A model generated the notes under the pieces. It ran no database searches and was not told the DNA's origin. It saw nothing but the letters and a program-made list of their open reading frames with translations. Of a stretch of DNA of 64,000 bases, positions 11,497-23,059 are shown piece by piece (the stretch's first letter is position 1; each line of letters begins with the position of its first letter). The DNA lies in contig OX597814.1 in assembly GCA_951406725.2 (NCBI GenBank), positions 148,304,001-148,368,000 on the forward strand. Direction: 5' to 3'. This DNA is from Octopus vulgaris (lineage: Eukaryota). A program made the position numbers and the translations under genes.

Positions 11497-14400
11497 TTAC
11501 CTGGTGCCAAACATACCCATCTTGTATGCCACAGGCTTCCATCTTTTCACAAACATATCTCGTGACAGACACCTCTTCTCCAGCCTGATTTTGCTACTGA
11601 GGTGGTAACTAAAAAAGTTAATCAACCCCTGGCCGGAGACAAAGGTGCCTGTCACTATACCTTTCGTACGCGTCTTCCATACTGTTTCTTTCAGTATGGC
11701 TACTACACAGAAAAAACAAGCCTTTCTTTCCCTGTTAAGGAAAGGGGGCGGCACAATCTCGATGATAGACTCAGCTGATAGCTGTACTCTTCCCATCACT
11801 GACAACAGTTGTTCAACAAAAGCTATCAGTCCCGATAACTCCGGACACTCCACGAATGCGTGCAAGACGGTCTCCCTATCCTGCTCACATCGCGGGCATG
11901 TCGGCGAGACGGCACTACCGTGCCTTGACAGCTTGTCGCGAACAGGTAAAGCCGCACGGAAACACTGCCAGGCCAGGGATTTCTGGTAATTATCCAGATA
12001 CCCCGGCCCGAACGTCCTCCGGAACAGGTTGACCAACTGATTTTCATCGTAGCCCAAGGTCTCCCCCAAGGCGTCTTCGGACTTAATTTCCACTAACCCG
12101 CTATAGAAATCCGTGGTGGAACTCCTGCTGTCGGCGTTTCCCACCCGAGATAGTAGCTGGAGCGCCTGACGGCACTCCAAATGCCATTCACTCAGTTTAG
12201 GTCTCCGCTTGATCCATGCACCGATGTCCGTTAGGGATGTTAACTGGGGAAGGTAGAACCGGACGCGCGGCGACCACACCTGCTCTCCATCCAGGTAAAG
12301 CCAGAGGTGCCTCAACCTTAACGCGAGTTTTCGCATCCTCAGCCAAGGCATCCCTAGCCCACCCTTTAGCGGTTTCTGGCAGCAGACAGAGCGCTTTACA
12401 AGTGGCTTTCCTCCTTTCCACAAAAATCGGAAAAGGATTCTCTCCAACTTGTTCAGCCACAAATCGGGGCAAGGCACCACGGCCAGGGGTAGGTGATTAC
12501 TGATGCTATAAACATCTGCACCACCTCCGCCTTCCCTAGCTGGGATAACGCCCGCCCAGACCAGGTCTGGGTTAGAGCGGTCACCTTGTTGGCCACCTCA
12601 CTCCAATTTTTCTCAATCTGGAGGTCTGGCCCGAACCAGACTCCGAGCAGCTTAACAGGACCTTCCGTCCAACGCCCTACGACGTTATTGGACGGCATCG
12701 GCTTGCCCCTCCAGGTGCCGAGTTGCAAACCGACCGACTTGTCCTCGTTAACCTTTGCTCCTGCCACCGCCTCGTAGCTTTTGATGGCCTCTTCCACCAC
12801 TGGAAGCTGGCCTTCGTCTGCCACGATGATGGAGGTGTCATCCGCATACGCCGTAGCTCCTCTTCCACACCATAGATCATGCGGCGCGCCCCCTAGTGCC
12901 TCCAACTTCCGCAGCAAAGGCTCAAGAGCCAATACGTATAGGAGCGAGAACAGGGGACACCCTTGACGAACTGAACGCTCGATCCTGAACGGCTTCGAAA
13001 AGGAACCGTTCACCTTGACTACAGACTCGATGTCGCTATACAAAGCAGCGATCCAACCTCGAAAGGTCGGGCCTAGGCCAGCCTCTCCGAGGACCGCCGC
13101 CAGGTACCGATGGTCGACCCTATCAAATGCTTTGGACTGGTCTAAATGTACCAGTGCTCCCCCTGCTCCAGAAAGCTTCCCCACCCTCTCTAAGGAGTAG
13201 CGTATAAGGTGGAGATTGTCGTGGATCGTTCTGCCGGGGATGGCGCACGTTTGCGCTTCCCCGACAAGTTTGTCCACGACCCGCGCCAACCTTTTCGCTA
13301 GCACCTTGGCCAGAATCTTTAACTCTGTGTTTAACAGAGTTATGGGCCTGAAGTTCCCTATCTCGTCCCACTTGTTCGGGTCCTTCCTGATCAACGTCAC
13401 CGCCCCCCGGCTCGCAGACTTGGGAATTCTCCCATTCTGCTGCCAGTTGGCGTAGACGCTAGCCAGCAGGTGCCCGAACAAAGTCTGGCATACTTCTATA
13501 AATTTCATAGGGCAGACCATCGAGACCCGGCGACTTCTCCCCGGGGCACTTGCCCAACACCTCGATTACTTCCTCGGCTGTGATTGGCCCTTCACAGCAC
13601 TCAGCCTCTCGTGTCGAGAGGCGCGGGCCACCAGACAGGAAGTCCCTAAGGGCCTGACCATGATCCAGCGTCCCGCACCTCCCGAACAACTCGGCGAAGT
13701 GCTTGTGAAGTGCCTCACACATCTCGTCCCGGTTCTTGATCGTGCATCCGTTTTCATCAACAAGAGACCCAATTGTGGCATCGTTTCCACGCTGTGTTTC
13801 TATCGTACGGGCCCATCCGGCAACATTAATTCCCTCACGGCCCAATGCTCGTACTTTAGCCCGGACTCTACATCCCTCATGTTTGGTTTTGAGGTAACGG
13901 TCTAATGCCGTTCTCGCCGCTAAAATGTGAGATGCAGAGCCCAACCTCAACGCCTCCTCTAAGTTCTTAACTAGTTGCCCTTCTATTCTAGCCCTATCTA
14001 GTCTTAGTTGTTTACTAAATCTAATGGACTCGAATCGAATGGCTCTTTTGAGGGTGAACCACCACCGGTTATTAACCACGGCTCCGGTTAACGCCCTCTG
14101 CACTAACACCTTAATCCGGCTACGGTATGTCTCGCGTGTCAAAATAGACTTGTTCAGCTTCCAGTAGCCGGTTCCTATCTTAAGTGTGCTATCTATGTCC
14201 AGTCTACACGTGACCATTCTATGGTCAGTATAGGGCACCTGGACGAGCTGTGGACAACTAAAACTAGACTTATCTCTAGTTCTTATCACTATCCTGTCTA
14301 GATAAGACTTGAACCTTCCGTCGCCACTCATCCAGGTCCACTCTGGGACGTTCGGATGGTCAAGTCTGTAACGATCTGCTAGCTGAAACCGCTTAAGCAG

Positions 14401-14852
14401 ATCCACGAGACGTGAGTTCACTTTCCTATAGATCGAGCCAACGCTATCGATGTGTACGTCACGAGAAAGCCCTCTAGGCGCCGATAAAAATCAGTTTGGA
14501 AACCTCTAGCACAAGGTGCATAGAGTCCGATCAACCTGAAGGCCTTACTGCTGTATGTCACATCAAGGACGACCAGCCCACCTTCTGGGTCTACATAGAC
14601 TGTACTTGTCTGTAGAGCCAAGTCTTTACGGATCAGTACCACTACGCCCCCTCGCCCTCCGGTCTGGCCAGGAGACATGATTTTCTCGTAGCCATTCAGG
14701 AGAGACGAGAAGGTTTGTAGGCCGTCCAGCTTGGTCTCTGTAGCAACCATCACATGTATATCATGTGATCTGAGGTCGTCGAGGAAACAAGCCTGCTTCC
14801 ACTTCGAACTCAGACCACGCACATTTAAACAACCAAGGTTAAGCGAAGCCAT
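11497..14852 (-). pseudogene. Tx1 ORF2: AP endonuclease + reverse transcriptase + C-terminal CCHC, 3 frameshifts
   Basis: APE: LNVRGL, ATETKL, LYAP, YLDRI, TDH, GYWKLN. RT: KSPGLDGLP, FRPITLLN, LDQSKAFDRVDH, SVRQGCPL, AYADD. C-terminus: CPRCEQDRETVLHAFVEC. Split into ORFs 14418..14852, 13459..14421, 12453..13520 and 11497..12480. Confidence 0.93.
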
Positions 14853-14869
14853 TACAAAAAGTAAAAGTT

Positions 14870-16294
14870 CTACTTACATTTCGTTGGAGAGGTGGGGGCC
14901 GACCTCACCACACGTTTGTGGGCCCCTTCTTTCTCCTCTTTCTTCAGATAGTCCGGCAAGTTCGCGATATGCCGGATGGCGTTTGGGTGTCTGTCTTTTA
15001 ATTGTTTGAACGTTGTTTCCGCAATCCACGCGTGTCTATTTCGATCTTTGTATTTGTTGTACAGTCTTGCTGACTGATGCTGAACCACAATATCGTTTAT
15101 GTATTAGTCTTGTGTGTCGAATTCAATTAATATGAGTTCATTTTCTTTTTTGTCTTCTTTTTCTGGGCCAGTTGAGCGGGATTTTTTTTCTGTGTCTGTG
15201 GTGCGTCTTTGTTTTTATTATTTTTGTAGGGGATGTGGACGGGGATGCTGCACGAATTCTTTTACGAACTGGTGTAAATCCCCCCTCTGATACCTCCATG
15301 GTATCGTCTGGGGTAGCAATAGTTTGTTCGGTAGGCGCCGCAGGTTTTAGTGGGGTGGGAAGTTTTAATAGTGTAGGGGTTTGTGAGTGCGAGGGCTGGG
15401 TTTTTTCTTCAGTCTGTTTTGGGGTTGGCACCGTAACAGCGGGAGTGGGATTTTTTGTTTTTGTAGGGGTAGGTGTGTTTGCAAGGGTAGGGACTTTTTT
15501 ATTATCTGAGGGGCCTGGTGTCTGCGGTTTCTTTTGCTTGTCTGGACAGTCTACACGAATGTGGCCCTTTTTGCCGCAGGCGTAACAGGTGGGTTTTCGG
15601 CCTTCGACCTGTACCCTGAGGGCTACGTTCTCGCCCACGAGCACCCTCTCAGGAAGGAGCTGCAGGTCCTCCGCTGTTCCTTGAATTAATATATTAATGT
15701 TACGCCCGAGCCAAAATCGAGTGGTAGAGCATGTTACTTGAAGTATTTTTATTTTGTCCGCCCTTTTATATAACAGGGCGGCCACTACCTCTACCGGATC
15801 TACTTCCGGCGGGGCTTCTATAATCCTGACCCGGGACGTCCTGCGTCCCTATAGCTTGGGAAAAGTACCACCTCCTTGGTTTTTAGGGGGTTCACAGAAT
15901 GCCCGCGGGCCATTTCTTCCCCCGAGAAGCGGACATCCACGGTGCCATATGTCCGTCCCCTGGCGACGTACACGATGTCCTTCCAAATCGGGGACAGGCA
16001 TTTCTCGATGGTGCTTTTTTCGAAGTGTTTGAACCTTCTGCTTTGTGGACAGAAAGTTTTAAACACTACGGTCCGCTTCTCGGTCTCCACGATACTGGCG
16101 GAGGGTGATATTTTAACATCACCACCCTCCTCTTGCATTCTTTTAAATAGCTCGACGAGCTGATTGACATCGATGTCAATGTTCTCGGTAGCCACTGCGG
16201 CTACCGCAGAAAATTTTTTAACATTGCTCTCCTCAAGAGCACTACTTTCGTGAATAATTTCAACAGGCATTATTCTGTTGAAATTAGACAACAC
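14870..16294 (-). pseudogene. Tx1 ORF1 (gag-like protein with zinc knuckle), broken into three frames
   Basis: ORFs 15818..16294, 15138..15785 (CYACGKKGHIRVDC = CX2CX4HX4C, then a Pro/Thr-rich linker) and 14870..15088 abut or overlap. The last one stops 17 bp before the ORF2 ATG. Confidence 0.8.
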
Positions 16295-16659
16295 AAAAAT
16301 TACGAATATTGGTTTCCCACAAAACTGGGAAACCTATAGAAAGTTTTTCTTCCAAAGTAGTTAAAAAAAGCAGTTCAAAAATTCCAATTCCCACCCCCAT
16401 TCGGGGGAGGGGCACGAAAATAGTCTGGCAGGACTATATCTAGTCACGTAAATAAAAAGCCACAGTGGCTAACAGTTCAACGGTAAGAAATTATTCAATT
16501 ATTTCCCGGTAAAACCGGAGAACAAGACAGTTCAGCAACATTTAAAGGCAAATTTTCAGTAGCAGGAATTCAACAATTAACAACACAGCAAAACTCTTAC
16601 CGGGAAGAAAACGCGTCCAAACCGTAGTACGGTAAGCAACGTCACTCTTCTGTCAGTGA

Positions 16660-16697
16660 GGTTAGCAAGCTACTTACCACACAGCCACTCCTGCCCC
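16660..16697 (-). mobile_element. 5' head (A-box) of the same SINE, displaced by the Tx1 insertion
   Basis: The minus strand reads GGGGCAGGAGTGGCTGTGTGGTAAGTAGCTTG, matching the intact head at 45427 (GGCGTAGGAGTGGCTGTGTGGTAAGTAGCTTG). Confidence 0.85.
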
Positions 16698-17159
16698 TTT
16701 TTAATACATAAAGCAAACATATATTTTGAACGAATAACAAAGACACATATTCAATGAACGTTGCAGGAGATCCATCATAAATCTAGGCAATTTTCAATTA
16801 ATATTATTATCGGTGTTTTTATATTAATATGAAACAGAGACGTGTGGTAATGATAACAGAAACAGCAGTATAGAAACCTTATCACTATTTCTTTTTTTCT
16901 TCATTTCTTTCCTATTTTGACTATCTTCTAATTCCATATTTCTCTTTATCACTTCTCTGTCTGTTTTCTTTCTCTTTCTCTCTGACCTTTTTGTTATGTT
17001 CTTGGTTTTGTTTGTTCTACGAAAATAGAATTTCGCCGACAATATTTCTCCTGTATTGATAATTATTATAGCATCTATTTATTGAAAAAGAGAGACAGAC
17101 CCGGTGCCTATATTTGAAAAGATTATCCAAAAAAGCAAGGACGTGGCAAGTAGGTAAAC

Positions 17160-18250
17160 TCAGTCGCAAGCTTGACAGAATGCATAACGGCTATTCTACG
17201 AGTTTTAAAAGGTGAGTTCAAGTAGTACCAAAGCCACATTTACTTTTCATTCTTTCAGAGCCGATAAAATAAAGTACCAGTTAAATATTGGGTCGATGTA
17301 ATCAAAGTGCTCCCTATCCTAAAAATCGTTGCCCTTGTGCGAAAATTAGAATTATTAAAGCGAGGAAAGGGAGGGAGATTACTGAAAGGTTACCACGTAT
17401 GACGAAACGCTAAGAGGCATTTGTTACGGCTCTTAACGTTTTGAATTGAAATACTGCCGAGATCAGATACACTTTACATTTTCTCGGGGTCGATGAAAAA
17501 AGATACCTATCAAACAGTAGGGTTGATGTAATCTATTAGACTTCTCCCCGACAAAAGTTAGCCTTGTTCCAAAATTCGGAAAACAGGTGGCGAACTAACA
17601 TAATCGTTAACGCTTCGTATAAATTGTTTAAGACATTTCTTATAGCATTTCGATTATGATTGATTTCATATTATAACGAGGTTAAACGTTCCCTTACATT
17701 CTTTCACATTCAATAGGTTAAAGTACTTATGAAGTATTTGTCTCAATGCAATCAACTGACAATCCTTACCGTAAAATCGATGGACTTGTGCCAAAATTTA
17801 GAACAATTATTTAAAAGAGAGATCGTCTGAAAGTTATAATATAAATAACATAATAAGAATATTATTACTATTTCTAAATTCTGTCGGTACTCAACTTTGC
17901 CTTTCATTTTGCCAAGGTGGATGAAATAAGTACCAGTGGAACACTGGAGTCGATTTAGTCGACTTAGTCCTCTCACCCAAACTTGTTGGCTGTGTACCAA
18001 AGTTTAAAACGAGTTGTATTACTATATTTTAGGCGGCGTGTTGATAGAGTCGATAGCACGCCGGGCAAAATATTTAGCGGCATTTCGTCCATCCCTACGT
18101 TCTGATTTCAGATTCAGCCGGGGTCGACATTGATTTTCATCTTCCCGGTGTTCGATATAATAAGACCTACATAAATGCTGGGGTCGATGTAACCGACTTT
18201 CACTCTCCTTCGAAATTGCTGGCTTTGTGTCAAACTTGAAACCAATAATG
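17160..18250 (+). mobile_element. Cluster of about 5 diverged monomeric Nin/Deu-type SINEs, same orientation
   Basis: Degenerate TTTCAT..GGGGTCGATAAAAT..GTACCAGT..GGGGTCGATGTAATC cores followed by GCCTTGTGCCAAAATT-like tails near 17340, 17570, 17790, 17995 and 18230. Confidence 0.7.
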
Positions 18251-20340
18251 TTGTTATTTCTCTTTTCTGTTTGTTTTTTCAGTCTATCTCTCCACCACTC
18301 TGCTCTTAATAACTTTCTCGCTACTCCCCTGAAGCTTTTATTATTTGACCCATATATTTATATAATTCCACTGCTTAAACTTCACGCTACAATTAACTCT
18401 GCAACTCCTCTGTATATCAAGCACTATTCCTAAGTTTTTATCTTCGTCACATCTTACTATCTTACTTCTATGTAGCTTAAGAGTTCTATTCGGAATCTCA
18501 CAGTCCTTACTTCGAATTTACTCTAAAATAATTTGGGTCAATGTAATTTTAACTATTCTTCCTTTGATCTAAGTATTGTAAATGGAATTTGTTGTGTCTT
18601 GGGGGATGCATTACACTAATAATAATTAGACATTCTCAGTTCAATCCCATTCTTTTTTTTACTATTACCCAATTTGTTAAATAACTAACCAACTAATCGT
18701 TCGTTTCTTTAATGCAGTGATTAAACAATCACACGTTTGTTTGTTAGTCAAATATCTTTCATCGCCATTCTCGGCCTCCTCAGTGACTTACCTTCTCGCT
18801 CACAGAGGCCAGTGAAAGAGTGGATTTTGCTGAATAGTCACTCTTTTCAACATCTCTCATCTAGAATATGATAAACTTTTTTGGTCTCAAATCTCTTGAA
18901 GTCACTCAGACCTTAACTTCAGTCTCAGGATAAGCCATATATTCCTTCACTTAACAATCAGCTCTGGATGTGTTGTAAACACTTCATCGACCTTACAATT
19001 TTTACTCTTATGACATTAAAACATTTCATAAAACTGAATTATCCACGCTATCTATTTGTTCTTTTTTCTATTACACTCCACAAAATGGAAAACCCTTTCA
19101 ATTCATATCACCTGTTACAGCTGTATTGTTTCCAGACAGTTAGTTGAGGCCTATGATGGAGAACCATGTCACGAATTTGTTTGTCATTTCTTGCAGAGTG
19201 GCATCTTTCACAGCATGGTTCCAATTTTAGTATTTATTTATAAAACTCATTCACATTTTATTGTCTCTTGATAAAATTCATTCCTCTATTGTCTCTCCTA
19301 TCAACATTTTCAAATTAATATCTTTCCTATTTTTCAAAAATGCATTATTTTATTTTGTTAATATTTGTTTGCTGCACAAGCATTTGTTGGTTTTATTGTT
19401 GTTTAAATTATCTCACACTACCTCTCTCTTTCTTTATTATTTCCCTCCTTCATTATTTGTGAGTGTGTGAGTATTTCTATATTTGATATTTGTTTTTAAT
19501 TATACTAATGGAACTGTCTGGATATTTTGTTATTTTTACAGTCTATATCTTCATTATCGATCTGGAAACTTTATCATATAACTACTAAATGTTTCGTCAG
19601 CATTTCTGTCTTTTACCAAAATATATTCCCTCTTAGGTCCAAGCTTGCTGACGTGTTTTATATATTTATTTTCCTAGCGTTAAGATTTGAACAAATATTC
19701 TTTAAATAACCAATATAAATGTAAATCATGAAAATGTTTAAGACTCCAAGGAATCAATATACAACCAAACAATTACGACTATTCTTTCTAACACAGTTTC
19801 CATGTTGAGTTACGGTATTGTAGACATTTCCTCTTTGGCACAGTAACACGGAAATGAAAATTGGCTTATTCAAAAGTATACTTTGGCACTTATGCTAAGG
19901 AGTTTTGCGTACCCTTACGGCATAAGCCATGATTAACTCATAGCCTAATAATTCACTACTTCAAATATCACTAAGTTTGTCATGATAATTAATTTCAAGT
20001 TACAATATTATACGTATTAAACATACATAATTCGATGTACGGATGTTTTTAGGATAATAGTTCGAAGTTGATCGGGTAGAGCTTTACGTACAACATATCT
20101 TACGGGATTCTATATAGTTTCTACCGAAGCTAACTCACGCACAAGTCCTGGATCGATCAGAGTCTTTTAGTTCATTTGCTTAAAATACCACGCAGCGAAT
20201 CCGAATGCATGATGCCATGGTCACTAAGAGAAACTGTTAAACATTCCCAGATGCTCGAGTCAACACACACATATGCATGTATATGTATAGGAAGAGTGAT
20301 ATAGATAGGCAGATAGACAGACAGAGAGACAGACAGACAT

Positions 20341-20437
<97 letters not shown>

Positions 20438-21462
20438 CAGACCGACAGACACACAGATACACAGAAAGATAGATTGATTGATAGATAAAGTGAGAGAGGT
20501 AGGTAAAAAGAACGATAGCGAGAGAGAGGGAGAGACAGAAAGAGAAAGAGAGAGAGAGAGAGAGAGAGGGATGGGTAAATGTACATACATTTGTTCACTC
20601 CGTTTTAGTTTCGACATCGTATGATGCGTTGCCTCCATTTTTGCTCCTAACTTTCGATGTTCTTGTAGCATCGCCAGAGGAAATATGGTGAACATGTAGC
20701 GATGCAAAATGACAGCACTGCTGATGGGATGATTTTAACACTCAGTATTAAATTAATTGAAGAAAGCCGCATCTACCTCTGCATTAGCATTATTGGCAAA
20801 ATATTTAGTTATCACATTAAATGATGAAGGTGATGGCCGAAAATGACTGACTGTGAATAGGTATTGCTCTTGTTTTTTTTTTCTGCAAATAAATATAATA
20901 TATATATATATATATATATATAATAGAAATATGTTACAAAAAGTAAATAGAAACTACAAGTGGAAATGTAAGGGGTAAGTAAGAAGAAAAATAAGTGTAA
21001 ATGCACATTCGAAATCAAAAACTAAAGGACGTTGTAAGAAAAAAAACGATAGACATATACAATTAGATGAACTGAGATATGAATAAAAGTAATAAAAGTC
21101 ATTATTGTGAGGTATTAAAGAGTTTTATAAGCACACCGGTTTCGTAGAATTACTAATCATTGCTTTGAATGTACACCGATTATTGAACGGTGTCAGGTCT
21201 ACTAGTCCCTGAGTAAAACGATTATCAGTAAGGGAGGTAAGTAGCTCTGGATTTGGTGCAATTAGGGTAGATATAGATCTGTTATGTGAATGGTTTATGG
21301 GATGTATGGGGGTTAGTCTTATTAATTGAAAGGTTAGTGTAGTGTTCTGTATTATGTTGTGTTCATATCGAGTTGTGGAAGATATTTATTGATGAAAGTT
21401 GCATCTTTATTCATTCTTTGTCTTACTGTATATATAAAGTGAGAGAGAGCGAGAGAGATACA

Positions 21463-21513
<51 letters not shown>

Positions 21514-22014
21514 AATAGACATGTAAAGGTGTGAGCATAATTGGGTGGAAGCATAAGAGTGAGTTTAATAAGTCCAATTCATATCCATTTAGAGGCTAAT
21601 TCAGTAGTTCTGGGTGAATTTTTGCTCTTGCTTCTTGCATCAGATTATCGGGACGATCAATACATAATGAACGAGATTCGGCATGAGGAAATCGTAGACA
21701 CTCATCATAAGTGCATTGTATATGTGTGTTCTGTGTTTGCGTATCTCTGTGTGTAGGTGTTCAATAATGCCTAGCGGAATATGCGTTCACATGTCGACCT
21801 AATTTTAAGAACTTGCGATAATCAATTATATAAACCTGAGTACATGGTTTCACCTATATTATTGACTTCAAATCTATGTTAAGACCAATTTTACTTCGGC
21901 AAAATGTAAAGATTACGAAGAAATATTGGCAAGCATTTTTTTCAGAGACCTAACGGTTTTGCAATCTCTCCACACTGACAATATTGATAATAGTAATAAT
22001 AATAATAATAATAA

Positions 22015-22400
22015 TAATCGTTTCTACAATAGGCACAAGACTTGAAATTTGGTGGCAGGGGACTAGTCGATTACATCGGCCCTGGTGTTTCACTGGTGCT
22101 TTATTTATCAACCGCGAGAGTATGAAAGGCAAAGACGACCTCGGCTGAATTTTCACTCAGAACGTAAAGACGGACGAAGAACAACATGCCAACGATTCTG
22201 TCAACTCACCGCCTTAACAACAACAATAATAATAATTGTTTCACAGTTTGTCATATGGTCAGCAATGTCTTAGTGGATGAAGTAAATCGATGACATCGTC
22301 TCGTGGACTCAGCTTGTACATATTTTAACTACACCGACATCATAAAAGGCAACATTGATCACGACTCGTACAGATCCTGAAGAAATGCCGTTAAGCCAAC
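22015..22400 (-). mobile_element. Two diverged Nin/Deu-type SINE monomers with (ATT)n tails
   Basis: The first shows GAAAGGCAAAGACGACCTCGGC (reverse complement of the core) and an AGGCACAAG tail. The second copy (22240-22400) is more decayed. Confidence 0.65.
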
Positions 22401-22933
22401 ACTATTGACTTCGCTACTATTAGTCTTACCGACTGACTCGAGAAGGTTTCATTACATGGTCTAAAATGGTGAAGCATGATTTGTTGTTTTTACCAAGTTG
22501 CTATTTAGACAAATTTCATTTCTTTCCTGTGTCGTTCAAAAATGATGATCTGCTGCTCTTATAAGATTTATCTCCATTGTATTTGATGTATATTTCAAGC
22601 GCACCTATGAGTAGTTAACTTTAAGTGATTATCTTGATTATTTCAGTAATTTAATTATTTTTTTTAAATCACTGTATTACATATGTGAAACTATACCACA
22701 TGGGAGTTTAGAATGCACAACGCTGTCTTCATGATACTGCATTAAACAGTTGTAAGTTGGTAATTGTGAAATTATATATTTATTATATATTCATATATTT
22801 TAGATTAAGTGGCGTCTATGTGAACACATATGAGCACATGTGTGCCTGCATATTTATACACAAATGCACGAATAGATGCAAATATATGAGTATATACATG
22901 TTTATGTGTTTGTATATATGCGTATATATCTAC

Positions 22934-22972
<39 letters not shown>

Positions 22973-23014
22973 CATACATGTGTATATATATTATATATAT
23001 GTGTATATATATAC

Positions 23015-23059
<45 letters not shown>

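Larger units (their letters stand above)
11269..16659 (-). mobile_element. Full-length Tx1/L1-clade non-LTR retrotransposon (5'UTR, ORF1, ORF2, 3'UTR), frameshifted
   Basis: Contiguous minus-strand ORF1 (CCHC knuckle) and ORF2 (APE-RT-CCHC) pieces. Flanked by a ~16-bp TSD, GGTAATCAAGCTACTT (11253-11268) / GGTTAGCAAGCTACTT (16660-16675), with an exact 10-bp core CAAGCTACTT. GC-richer than the flanks. Confidence 0.93.

Noticed and set aside
11645-16163. Plus-strand and alternative-frame ORFs overlapping the Tx1 element (also 37827-39987 and 48824-49129 over the CR1 and PLE)
   Set aside because: Antisense or off-frame shadows of GC-richer retroelement coding sequence, with no motifs.
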